In this document: piece by piece, positions 53,480 through 62,037 of the stretch | Layout of the letters: the number at the start of each line of letters is the position of its first letter | Position numbering within the stretch: the stretch's first letter is position 1 | Assembly: GCA_002428665.1 (NCBI GenBank) | Contig: DIXK01000061.1 | Location: 20,694 to 84,693, forward strand | Reading direction: 5' to 3' | From: Verrucomicrobia subdivision 3 bacterium UBA6082 | Lineage (GTDB): Bacteria > Verrucomicrobiota > Verrucomicrobiia > Limisphaerales > UBA8199 | DNA: 64,000 nt | Notes under the pieces: model-generated | Seen by the model: the letters and a program-made list of their open reading frames with translations, nothing else | What the model was told of the DNA's origin: nothing | Database searches by the model: none | Made by a program: the position numbers and the translations under genes

Positions 53480-54757
53480 ATGAGCACCAAATACATCTTT
53501 TCTTCCGAGTCCGTTGGCGAAGGCCATCCAGATAAAGTCTGTGACACCATTTCCGACTACGTTCTGGACGCATGCCTGCGCGAGGACAAAATGAGTCGGG
53601 TCGCTTGCGAAACCTACGCCAAATCGAATGTCGTAATCGTAGGCGGGGAGATCACGATTCCGAAGCTTGGCTACCGGAACCCGAGCCAAGCGATTGACTT
53701 TATTGGCATCGCCCGCCAAGCCATACGCGACATCGGCTATGTGAATGATGACGATGTGTTCCACGCCGACAAGGTATTTGTCAACTGCCTGATCACTGGC
53801 CAATCCCCCGATATCGCTCAAGGCGTGGATGCCCGAAAGGCGAAGGGCAAAAAGACGTCTAAACAAGGGGCGGGAGACCAGGGTTTAATGTTTGGGTACG
53901 CGTGTAACGAAACGCCGGAACTGATGCCGGCTCCGATCATGTTTGCGCACCGCCTAGGCAAGGCGCTGACCGACATCCGCAAGAAAGGCACCGTGCGATG
54001 GCTGCGGCCCGACGCAAAGTCTCAAGTCTCGGTGGTTTATGAGGATGGGAAGCCGGTGGCGATATCGAATGTGGTTATCTCTACCCAGCATTCGCCTAAC
54101 GTAAGTCATGATGAAATCGAAGACTTCTGTATTAAGGAGGTGATTAAGAAGGTGCTGCCACCGGAGCTTTTTACGCCGGCCACCGAGTTTCTCATTAACC
54201 CCACTGGACGATTTGTCGTGGGCGGGCCGCAAGGGGACACAGGTTTGACCGGGCGAAAAATTATTGTGGACAGCTATGGTGGCACCGGACGGCACGGCGG
54301 TGGCGCTTTCTCTGGCAAAGATCCCACAAAGGTGGACCGAAGCGCTGCCTACATGGGGCGGTATGTGGCCAAGAATGTAGTTGCCGCCGGGCTGGCGACT
54401 AAATGCGAAATCCAGTTTGCCTACGCGATCGGCCATCCTGAACCGGTCAGCGTCCATGTAGACACGTTCGGCACCGCGACTGTGGCCGAGGAAGCCATCA
54501 CCCGAGCAATCCACACCCTTTTCAGTTTTCAACCTGCGAAGATCATCGAACAATTGAACCTTCGTCGGCCGATATACTCTAAAACGACCAACTACGGTCA
54601 TTTTGGAAAATGCGATCCGGAAATCACCTGGGAAAAAACCGACAAGGCCGAGGCGCTTCGCAAGACTGTCAGCGGGAAATCCGTGGTTTCAGGCGCTGCG
54701 TTGCGCAAGGCGACCGCGTTGGTGAAACGTAACAGCCGCCGCTCCAGCCGTCGTTAA
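53480..54757 (+). CDS. metK: S-adenosylmethionine synthase (with ~30-aa basic C-terminal extension)
   Basis: [47 protein letters not shown]. The tail ...[29 protein letters not shown] lies beyond the usual end. Confidence 0.95.
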   Translation: MSTKYIFSSESVGEGHPDKVCDTISDYVLDACLREDKMSRVACETYAKSNVVIVGGEITIPKLGYRNPSQAIDFIGIARQAIRDIGYVNDDDVFHADKVFVNCLITGQSPDIAQGVDARKAKGKKTSKQGAGDQGLMFGYACNETPELMPAPIMFAHRLGKALTDIRKKGTVRWLRPDAKSQVSVVYEDGKPVAISNVVISTQHSPNVSHDEIEDFCIKEVIKKVLPPELFTPATEFLINPTGRFVVGGPQGDTGLTGRKIIVDSYGGTGRHGGGAFSGKDPTKVDRSAAYMGRYVAKNVVAAGLATKCEIQFAYAIGHPEPVSVHVDTFGTATVAEEAITRAIHTLFSFQPAKIIEQLNLRRPIYSKTTNYGHFGKCDPEITWEKTDKAEALRKTVSGKSVVSGAALRKATALVKRNSRRSSRR

Positions 54758-54805
54758 TCGCTTGGGCGGACAGACCAGAACAAAAACAATCATCTTCACT
54801 GAACT

Positions 54806-56272
54806 ATGGCGACCATGACGAAAACCAAAGGAAAGAAAACCAGACCGGCTATTGATGGCAAACGCTCCGGGAACGATTACCAAGTTAGCGACTTGAGCCT
54901 TGCGGATTGGGGGCGAAAAGAAATTTCCGTGGCGGAGCAAGAGATGCCCGGGTTGATGGCCGTACGTGAAAAGTACGGCCGGCAAAAACCGCTAAAAGGC
55001 GTGCGCGTTTCGGGTTCGTTGCACATGACCATTGAAACGGCAGTACTGATTGAGACCCTGGTGGAACTCGGCGCCTCGGTGCGTTGGGCCAGCTGCAATA
55101 TCTTCAGCACTCAGGATCAGGCGGCCGCGGCTATCGCCAAGGCGGGGGTGCCGGTCTTTGCGTTCAAAGGTGAAAACCTGGAAGAGTATTGGGACTTTAC
55201 CCTCGCAGCCCTCTCCCACCCTGGTGGCCAGGGACCAGAGCTAGTTGTCGACGACGGTGGAGATGCCACCCTTTTGTTGCACCAAGGCTACGAGATGGAA
55301 CACGGTAGTGACTGGGTGAATACTTCGAGCAGCAGTCAGGAGGAGGCGGTCATCAAAAAGCTCCTAAAGCGTTGCGCTAAAGAGCGCTCGGGCTGGTTCA
55401 CGACAGCGGTCGCGAGTTGGAAAGGTGTGAGTGAGGAGACCACCACGGGAGTGCACCGCCTTTACCAAATGCTCGAGGCAGGCAAGCTGCTCGTTCCGGC
55501 AATTAACGTCAATGATTCGGTCACAAAATCGAAGTTCGACAACCTCTACGGTTGTCGGGAATCACTCGCGGACGGCTTGAAGCGCGCCCTGGGCGTGATG
55601 ATCGCCGGCAAGACGGCTCTGGTTTGCGGCTATGGTGATGTAGGCAAAGGCTGCGCCCATTCACTTCGCGGATTTGGTGCTCGCGTGATTGTAACGGAAG
55701 TCGACCCCATCAATGCTTTGCAGGCGGCGATGGAAGGTTTCGAGGTCACCACAATCGAGGAAACGCTGGGAGAAGCTGACATCTACGTGACCGCAACCGG
55801 GAATCGCGACGTCATCACCCTGGAGCACATTTTGAAAATGAAGGACCAGGCGATCGTGTGCAATATCGGCCATTTCGACAATGAAATCCAGGTGGACCGC
55901 CTGAACACCGCGAAGGGTGTGTGCCGAGTGAATATCAAACCCCAGGTGGACCGCTATGATTTGCCGGGAGACCGCAGCGTCTATCTGTTGGCGGAAGGGC
56001 GGTTGGTGAACCTCGGCTGTGCCGAAGGACACCCAAGCTTTGTGATGTCCAACTCATTCACGAACCAGGTGCTCGCGCAACTGGACCTGTGGGCCAATCG
56101 CCAGAAGTACCAGCCGGGCGTCTATCGCCTGGCCAAGAAGCTGGATGAAGAGGTCGCCCGTCTCCACCTGGAAAAAATCGGTGTAAAACTGACCAAGCTA
56201 ACCAGGCAACAGGCGAATTACCTCGGAGTCCCGATTGAGGGACCCTATAAGCCCGAGCACTACCGGTACTAA
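54806..56272 (+). CDS. ahcY: Adenosylhomocysteinase
   Basis: [37 protein letters not shown]-binding [17 protein letters not shown]. Confidence 0.95.
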   Translation: MATMTKTKGKKTRPAIDGKRSGNDYQVSDLSLADWGRKEISVAEQEMPGLMAVREKYGRQKPLKGVRVSGSLHMTIETAVLIETLVELGASVRWASCNIFSTQDQAAAAIAKAGVPVFAFKGENLEEYWDFTLAALSHPGGQGPELVVDDGGDATLLLHQGYEMEHGSDWVNTSSSSQEEAVIKKLLKRCAKERSGWFTTAVASWKGVSEETTTGVHRLYQMLEAGKLLVPAINVNDSVTKSKFDNLYGCRESLADGLKRALGVMIAGKTALVCGYGDVGKGCAHSLRGFGARVIVTEVDPINALQAAMEGFEVTTIEETLGEADIYVTATGNRDVITLEHILKMKDQAIVCNIGHFDNEIQVDRLNTAKGVCRVNIKPQVDRYDLPGDRSVYLLAEGRLVNLGCAEGHPSFVMSNSFTNQVLAQLDLWANRQKYQPGVYRLAKKLDEEVARLHLEKIGVKLTKLTRQQANYLGVPIEGPYKPEHYRY

Positions 56273-56298
56273 GCAGCGTCGTTTTCGGAGCAAGGCAA

Positions 56299-56328
56299 GG
56301 CGGGTGGATACCTTATCCATCCGCCTTT
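56299..56328 (+). terminator. Intrinsic terminator after ahcY
   Basis: GGCGGGTGGATA-CCT-TATCCATCCGCC (12-bp stem including one G-U pair) followed by TTTGTACTTT. It starts 27 nt after the ahcY stop. Confidence 0.7.
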
Positions 56329-56354
56329 GTACTTTGCCACTGTTCATTTTAGTG

Positions 56355-56360
56355 TATAAT
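56355..56360 (+). promoter_or_regulatory. Consensus -10 hexamer TATAAT (with TG immediately upstream; TTGCCA 15 nt upstream)
   Basis: Read directly: TATAAT at 56355-56360, TG at 56353-56354, TTGCCA at 56334-56339. The ATG at 56368 is 7 nt downstream of the hexamer. Confidence 0.35.
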
Positions 56361-56367
56361 GAATCGC

Positions 56368-56607
56368 ATGAAAGAAATTCACGGTCATGAGGTCATGGAA
56401 ATGATGCTGGGTTCCGGAAAAACATACACCCGAGCCAGCCTGATCACTGATATTTTGGTCAAATTTGGTTTTGAGGCTCGCTTCCGCACGTGTTCCGCAA
56501 AAGGAATGAACGCCGAACAGTTGGTTGATTTCCTGGAATCGCGCGGCAAGTTCGTCCCCGGGCCACAAGGTTTTCAAACCTCTCCAGAACTGATGTGCAG
56601 CCACTAA
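56368..56607 (+). CDS. YecH-family (DUF2492) putative metal-binding protein
   Basis: MKEIHGHEVMEMM...FRTCSAKGMNAEQLVDFLESRGKFVP...GFQTSPELMCSH follows the YecH pattern (HGHEV...FHTCSAEGM...FL..KGKF....GF......C.H). An alternative ATG at 56359 lies inside the TATAAT box. Confidence 0.7.
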   Translation: MKEIHGHEVMEMMLGSGKTYTRASLITDILVKFGFEARFRTCSAKGMNAEQLVDFLESRGKFVPGPQGFQTSPELMCSH

Positions 56608-56689
56608 GGTCCAGCCCTCCCATCGGTAGAGAAAAGCTTTGGGAAGTCATTTGACAGACGTGGGGTCCCCGGGCAGGTTCCGCATTGCG

Positions 56690-57292
56690 ATGAACGGGAC
56701 CAGAAACTTGAAAGGCCAGTGTACGGAGTGTGGAGGTTTCTTCCCATGCCCGGCCCAGATGATCGGTACGAATAGCCGATGTCCCCTTTGCGGCAAGGAA
56801 ACCGAATTACTGCTGGCAACCCCTGAGCCGATTGAATCCGCACTTCCGCCCCGCATCATTGTCTGGACGGTCATCGCGGTAGTCATTCTAGGCGCAGGTT
56901 TAGCCGGATCACTTGTGGCCTTGAAACAGGCTCGCAGTTGGGTTGAAAATCGGAGACCTCCCGCAACGTTACCTACCGCGAAAGCGGTGTCAGAACCTGG
57001 CCAACGGGTGCTTTTCGAACTCAACGGCATTCAGGTGACTGCGCTTTCCGTCGAAAAGCCCCGAGGAGGAGGTATGGCTTACGCAACAGGGCAACTCGTG
57101 AATCGCACCAAAGACCAATTGCGTTCAGTGACGGTCGTGCTGGACATCCTGGATACGGCGGGTCAAAAACTCGGTGTTACAGAGGACTCAACGCGCGACC
57201 TGATGCCGAACGGCACTTGGAACTTTAGAGCACCGCTGCTGGTTTCACAGGCTGCGTCGGCCAGAGTGACCGAGATTCGCAAGACTCAATAG
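56690..57292 (+). CDS. Zinc-ribbon + single-TM protein with C-terminal beta-rich (possibly FxLYD-like) domain
   Basis: CTECGG...CPLCGKE zinc-ribbon pair, TM helix IIVWTVIAVVILGAGLAGSLVAL, then a ~100-aa domain (GQLVNRTKDQLRSVTVVLDILDTAGQKLG...LMPNGTWNF). ATG at 56690; the track start at 56639 is TTG. Confidence 0.5.
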   Translation: MNGTRNLKGQCTECGGFFPCPAQMIGTNSRCPLCGKETELLLATPEPIESALPPRIIVWTVIAVVILGAGLAGSLVALKQARSWVENRRPPATLPTAKAVSEPGQRVLFELNGIQVTALSVEKPRGGGMAYATGQLVNRTKDQLRSVTVVLDILDTAGQKLGVTEDSTRDLMPNGTWNFRAPLLVSQAASARVTEIRKTQ

Positions 57293-57467
57293 CAGCGTAT
57301 CAGAACCACGGTGCCGATGAGTGGCATTGAGGGTGCAATTCGAGCCCAATATGTGTGTTCCTGCCACCCGAAGACCGGAGGTAATGGGTACTGCAAAGCC
57401 ACGGATGGCGGGCAACAGCCTGTGACCTCGTGCCAAACGATGTTTCCTGCCCCCGCAGATGAAGAAC

Positions 57468-57491
57468 AGGCGACCCCACCCAGGGTCGCCT
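57468..57491. terminator. Candidate hairpin in the convergent intergenic region
   Basis: AGGCGACCC-CACCCA-GGGTCGCCT (9-bp stem) between the zinc-ribbon gene (+) and nfo (-). The U-tracts are weak on both strands. Confidence 0.3.
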
Positions 57492-57592
57492 TGAACCTAA
57501 CTAACCACCATTACAAGGAACCTAAAAACGCTAATTCAAGTCGAGGCAAAGACAATGGGGTCTTCACCCTAGTTTTCATGCTCTGACCGGAC

Positions 57593-58444
57593 TCACTTGG
57601 TCTGAGCCAGCTTTCGGAGGCGCGCGAGGTTCTCGACATCTTCGTGCAGGTCTTGAGACTTCGGGGTCTCGAGACAGCCCGGGTGTCCTTTGAACCTCGC
57701 ATCGCGGACAATATGCCGAAATCCTTCAGCGCCGATTTTTCCGGCACCGATATGGGCGTGGCGATCAACCCGAGAGCCTAGGTCCGTCTTCGAATCGTTC
57801 AGATGAAACGCCAATATCTGATTGAGGCCGATCATGGATTCCACTTCCCCGATCGCCTTATCCCAACCGGCGGGTTGGCGAATATTATACCCCGCTGCAA
57901 AGAAGTGAGCCGTGTCGAGGCATACCCCAAGCCGAGCTGGATGCTTCACGCCATCAAAGATCGCTGCGAGGTGGCTGATCTGGGCTCCGAGACATGTGCC
58001 CTGCCCCGCGGTGTTCTCCAAGGCAATTCGCACCCTCGCAGAACAAGTCTCCGCAAAGACTTCGTCGAGCCCCCGCACAATTTGTTTCAAGCCTTCGGTT
58101 TCCCCCCCGCCTAAGTGAGCTCCCGGATGCAGAACAAGAAAAGGTATGTTTAAGGCCGAGGCGTATTGGATTTCCTCGATGAGCGACCGTATGGAGCGTG
58201 CGCGGTTTTCTGATGGCGGAGCTCCCAGGTTGATCAGGTACCCGGTGTGGCCAAATACGCAAGAAATGTCACCCGCGCCCAGTTCCGCGTTAAACCGCAA
58301 CACTTCTTCGCTGGATGGCGGCTTGCCGAACCACTGCATGTTATTCTTGACGAATATTTGCACGACTTCGCAGGCAATACTACGCCCCCGCTGCAAGGCT
58401 TTGGAAACCCCGCCAACCGTGGACATGTGTGCCCCGAACTTCAC
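57593..58444 (-). CDS. nfo: Deoxyribonuclease IV (endonuclease IV)
   Basis: KFGAHMSTVGGVSKAL, VLHPGAH, IALENTAGQG, CLDTAHFFAAGY, AFHLNDSK, DRHAHIGAG. GTG start. Confidence 0.9.
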   Translation of the reverse strand: MKFGAHMSTVGGVSKALQRGRSIACEVVQIFVKNNMQWFGKPPSSEEVLRFNAELGAGDISCVFGHTGYLINLGAPPSENRARSIRSLIEEIQYASALNIPFLVLHPGAHLGGGETEGLKQIVRGLDEVFAETCSARVRIALENTAGQGTCLGAQISHLAAIFDGVKHPARLGVCLDTAHFFAAGYNIRQPAGWDKAIGEVESMIGLNQILAFHLNDSKTDLGSRVDRHAHIGAGKIGAEGFRHIVRDARFKGHPGCLETPKSQDLHEDVENLARLRKLAQTK

Positions 58445-58455
58445 TGGCGCGGCAG

Positions 58456-59649
58456 CTAAAGCTGTTCGGGTTTGCGCATAAGGTCGGCGATTCTGGCCAG
58501 CAAGCGCCCTGCAGCGCCTCCATCCAGCACCCGATGATCAAAACTCAACGTGAGATTCCCCTCAAACACTGGAACGAACCGGCCTTGCGCTTCATCCCAC
58601 GACGGCACTCGGCGGGCTGCTCCCATTCCCAGGACCAGGGTTTGTTCCGGCAACGGGATCGGCGTCGCCCAGGTTAAACCGAAGGTGCCGAAATTCGTCA
58701 CGGTAGCAATCGAACCACCGGTGGCGTCTGCTGGCAGGCGTCTCTGTCGAGCGAGCGCAATCAGTTCGTCATAGGGCTGGACCAACTCGCTAAGAGCTCG
58801 CTTATCGGCACCACGAAGAACCGGCACCAGCACCCCCTCATCAACCTCAACCGCAAATCCTACATCCAGTGAGGCCGGGTGAAAAATCTTGTTGCCTATC
58901 AAGCGACCGGCCGGAGCGCTGTTTTCAGCCAGGGCCACGGCCAAAGCGCGAAGCGCATAAAGCGCGGGACCCGGCTTTGCCTCGCAGGTTTTGCGGTGTG
59001 CAAGCATCGGATCAAAGCACACCGGCAGCGCCACTGTCGCTAACGGCCGCGTCCAACTCCGGCGCATCGCATCCGCCACCGCAACTCTCATGGACGAAGC
59101 GGGACTATGCCTAAGTCGTTCCAACCTCTCAATAAAACTCTCAAAATCCTTGATGGTAACCCGGCCTGCCGCCCCGCTCCCGGCAACTCCCGCCAGATCC
59201 GCTGCGTGGAGACCCAGTTCGATCATCCGCGCTTTCATTCGCGGGGACATATAAGTCGCCCCCGAAGCATTGGCCGGGACCGGAAGTCCCCGGACCGTGG
59301 GTTGCACTTTGCGAGGCGTCTTTTCTGGGCCGTCCAAGTGATTTTGCGCGGCTCTTGCTTCTTCTGAGCCTGGACCGATGTCAAGCCCATAGCGGACGGT
59401 ATCCTCCTGGCTCGTTTTCAAATAGCCCAAGGTCGCCCCAACCGGATAGCTGACACCGACCTGCACCTCGAGGCTTGCCAACTGTCCCGGGCATGGAGCG
59501 GCAACGGTCATGGTTGCCTTGCTCGTCTCCACCTCCATGAGATCTTGATTCGCCTGAATCTGGTCACCCACTTTAACCAACAAGTTTACCACAGTTGCTT
59601 CGGCGATAGACTCCCCTAGTTGCGGCATGATGATCGGTATGGCTGGCAT
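58456..59649 (-). CDS. 2-oxoacid dehydrogenase E2 (dihydrolipoyl acyltransferase)
   Basis: Lipoyl domain (MPQLGESIAEATV...LMEVETSKATMTVAAP), subunit-binding domain (SPRMKARMIELGL) and catalytic SFDHRVLDGG. Confidence 0.9.
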   Translation of the reverse strand: MPAIPIIMPQLGESIAEATVVNLLVKVGDQIQANQDLMEVETSKATMTVAAPCPGQLASLEVQVGVSYPVGATLGYLKTSQEDTVRYGLDIGPGSEEARAAQNHLDGPEKTPRKVQPTVRGLPVPANASGATYMSPRMKARMIELGLHAADLAGVAGSGAAGRVTIKDFESFIERLERLRHSPASSMRVAVADAMRRSWTRPLATVALPVCFDPMLAHRKTCEAKPGPALYALRALAVALAENSAPAGRLIGNKIFHPASLDVGFAVEVDEGVLVPVLRGADKRALSELVQPYDELIALARQRRLPADATGGSIATVTNFGTFGLTWATPIPLPEQTLVLGMGAARRVPSWDEAQGRFVPVFEGNLTLSFDHRVLDGGAAGRLLARIADLMRKPEQL

Positions 59650-59728
59650 GGGTCAGGCTCCGGTGGAATGCTGAGGTTCTGGGTTTTGGAGCAAATCGGC
59701 GAAACTCATAATAGTTCGACAGTGTGCG

Positions 59729-60694
59729 TCATGACCGAAGCAGGTTGCGGGCTGCCATCGCGATTCTGCGGGCAGTGGGTCGATGGGCAGCCCAAAGGTT
59801 GGGATGGTACGGCACCGGAGTGTCTTTCGCGTTGAGCCTCTGGGGTGGCGCATCCAACAGGCCGAAGCCTTCGCTGGCCACACGCGCCACAACCTCGGCG
59901 GTAACCCCGCCCCAAGGCCACGCTTCGCCTACGCACAACAACCGGCCCGTCCGCGCGACCGAAGCCATAATGGTGTCGGTATCGAGTGGCTTGACAGAAC
60001 GCAGATCGACCACCTCGATTTCAGTGCCTTCGCTGGCCAACTCGTCCGCGACAGCCAGCGCCTCATGCACCATGGCGCTATAAGCAACAACTGTAAGGTC
60101 ACGCCCTGCTCGTGCGATTCGCGCCTTACCCACAGGCATTGCTTCATCAGGCAACCTCTCAGCCTTAAGATGGTAATAAAGGTATTTGTGCTCGCAGAAA
60201 ATAACCGGGTCATCAATCGCCACCGCCTCCAGTAGCATGCTGTAAGCGTCCTCCACTGTTGCAGGAGTCAGCACGACCAGACCCGGATAGTGTGCGTATA
60301 GTGCTTCCGGACACTGGCTGTGGAAAGGCCCGCTTCCAGAAGTGCCGCCAGCTGGCAGTCTGATGGTCACGGGACAGGGCACCTTGGTCCGCCAATAAAG
60401 AGTCGCAGCCTGGTTGACTATTTGATTCAAAGCCACCGTCGAGAAATCCGCAAACTGCACCTCAATAATCGGCCGCATTCCGGAAATCGCGGCTCCTACC
60501 GCCAACCCAAGCATTGCGTCCTCACTGATCGGAGCGTCCATCACCCTTCCTGGAAAGCGCTCCGCAAGACTTTTTGTTGCCTTGAAGGCACCTCCAAAAG
60601 GCCCGACGTCCTGGCCGTAAATGAAGACTCGCGGGTCTTCCTCGAGGGCCCGCGCCTGCGCTTCCCGAATTGCATCCAGATAGGTTAGACTCAT
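59729..60694 (-). CDS. 2-oxoacid dehydrogenase E1 component, beta subunit
   Basis: MSLTYLDAIREAQARALEEDPRVFIYGQDVG...GGAFKATKSL...PISEDAMLG. ATG at 60694 lies 8 nt after the E1-alpha stop; the track ORF extends to 60838. Confidence 0.9.
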   Translation of the reverse strand: MSLTYLDAIREAQARALEEDPRVFIYGQDVGPFGGAFKATKSLAERFPGRVMDAPISEDAMLGLAVGAAISGMRPIIEVQFADFSTVALNQIVNQAATLYWRTKVPCPVTIRLPAGGTSGSGPFHSQCPEALYAHYPGLVVLTPATVEDAYSMLLEAVAIDDPVIFCEHKYLYYHLKAERLPDEAMPVGKARIARAGRDLTVVAYSAMVHEALAVADELASEGTEIEVVDLRSVKPLDTDTIMASVARTGRLLCVGEAWPWGGVTAEVVARVASEGFGLLDAPPQRLNAKDTPVPYHPNLWAAHRPTARRIAMAARNLLRS

Positions 60695-60704
60695 ACCGGC
60701 TTTC

Positions 60705-61742
60705 TCAGGCAGTGATCGGAGGCTCGTCAACCAAATGCTTGGAGGCCAAGGCACGCCATTCCTCCGCATAGGGATCGGGTCCATCTTCGCGTTGCACTTG
60801 GGCCACGACCCCTTCCACTTCCTCAACCGCCGCCTCACGCCAAACCGCCAGATCCTGAGTGCTTGCCCACCCTCTGGCCATGAGGTGATGCTCAGCCACT
60901 TTCAGGCAGTCTCTGCCCAGCGTCGATTCTTTTAGCCGCGGGTCCACATAGCCGGCATCATCATGCTCCCCATGCCCGCAGAGCCGGAGCAATCGGGCAA
61001 TGACTAGTTGCGGTCCACCACCTGCCCTTGCCTCGCTCGCGGCCACGTTCATCACTGAGAGGCATGCGCTCAAGTCCGTGCCGTCGACAGAGTGGCTCCT
61101 AAACCCATACCCTGGCGCCTTCAACTCCAAGGTTTGGCAAGCAAGTTGACGCTCATTCGGGGTGGAATATGCATATCCATTGTTCGCCACGACCACCACC
61201 AGGGGAAACCTCTCAACTCCGGCCTGATTCAGCGCCTCATGAAAAGCCCCCGTGGAAGTGCCACCCTCACCGATACTCGCCAGACCCACGGTCCCAGAAA
61301 TGCCCTTCATGCGATTGGCAAGTAATACACCATTTACTACGGAAATCATTGCACCCAAATGACTAATCATAGGTAGAATCCCTGATTCCGGCCGCCCACG
61401 GTGCACGTTGCCGTCACGCGCTCGCATAGGTCCCAGTGGCGACCCGAGATAGGTCCGGACAGCATCGACAATCGGCTCGCCGAAGGCGATTCGGCCGGCG
61501 GCATCACGAATCAAAGGTGCAAATACATCGCCTTTCCTTAACGCGAGTCCTGCCGCAACGCTTAACGCCTCCTGTCCTCGCCCCAGAAAAACCCCGCCAT
61601 GAATCTTCCCCATCCGATAGAGGCTGGCAAACTTATCGTCCAAAACCCTTGCCAACAGAATATACCTGTAGGCCTCGAGACAGGCATTCTTGCCCGGCGA
61701 GACCTCGTCCTTCGGCTGCGGTTCGACCAAACGATAAGCCAT
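60705..61742 (-). CDS. 2-oxoacid dehydrogenase E1 component, alpha subunit (ThDP-dependent)
   Basis: ThDP-binding block GEGGTSTGAFHEALNQAGVERFPLVVVVANNGYAYSTP, then RLCGHGEHDD. Confidence 0.9.
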   Translation of the reverse strand: MAYRLVEPQPKDEVSPGKNACLEAYRYILLARVLDDKFASLYRMGKIHGGVFLGRGQEALSVAAGLALRKGDVFAPLIRDAAGRIAFGEPIVDAVRTYLGSPLGPMRARDGNVHRGRPESGILPMISHLGAMISVVNGVLLANRMKGISGTVGLASIGEGGTSTGAFHEALNQAGVERFPLVVVVANNGYAYSTPNERQLACQTLELKAPGYGFRSHSVDGTDLSACLSVMNVAASEARAGGGPQLVIARLLRLCGHGEHDDAGYVDPRLKESTLGRDCLKVAEHHLMARGWASTQDLAVWREAAVEEVEGVVAQVQREDGPDPYAEEWRALASKHLVDEPPITA

Positions 61743-62037
61743 GGCCGTGAATCTACCTAGGCATAGGCTTTTCTCGCAATGTTTCTTTGTTTTTCAGCCT
61801 CTCGAGTGTCCAATAATAGGACAGCCCCTGCGCTTTAAAGGTGTAAAACTCAGGTCCATGGCCATCAACAAGCCCTACGCCCATGCTGGTTTTCATTATC
61901 TCCACAGCAAAACTTCGTTCCTGCGACAAGATACCCGAGGTTGGTTTCGAAAGTGCTTAATCTCAGGTCGACATGGTGTTACTGAAATATAGCAAGCCGC
62001 GAATTACGAATTACAAAGTTCGATCTTCGGATTTCGA

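Noticed and set aside
57311-57586. A 91-aa plus-strand ORF fills the convergent spacer between the zinc-ribbon gene and nfo.
   Set aside because: It has no motif, an odd composition and no RBS. The region more plausibly holds 3' UTRs and terminator structures.
61741-61992. An 83-aa plus-strand ORF lies in the E1-alpha / histidine-kinase divergent spacer.
   Set aside because: It starts inside the E1-alpha start codon region, has no family resemblance and is AT-richer than the coding average. It is likely promoter DNA.
62000-62013. A tandem heptamer CGAATTA CGAATTA lies 24 nt upstream of the histidine-kinase ATG.
   Set aside because: It is only two short copies, which could easily arise by chance. 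No partner half-sites or conservation can be assessed.
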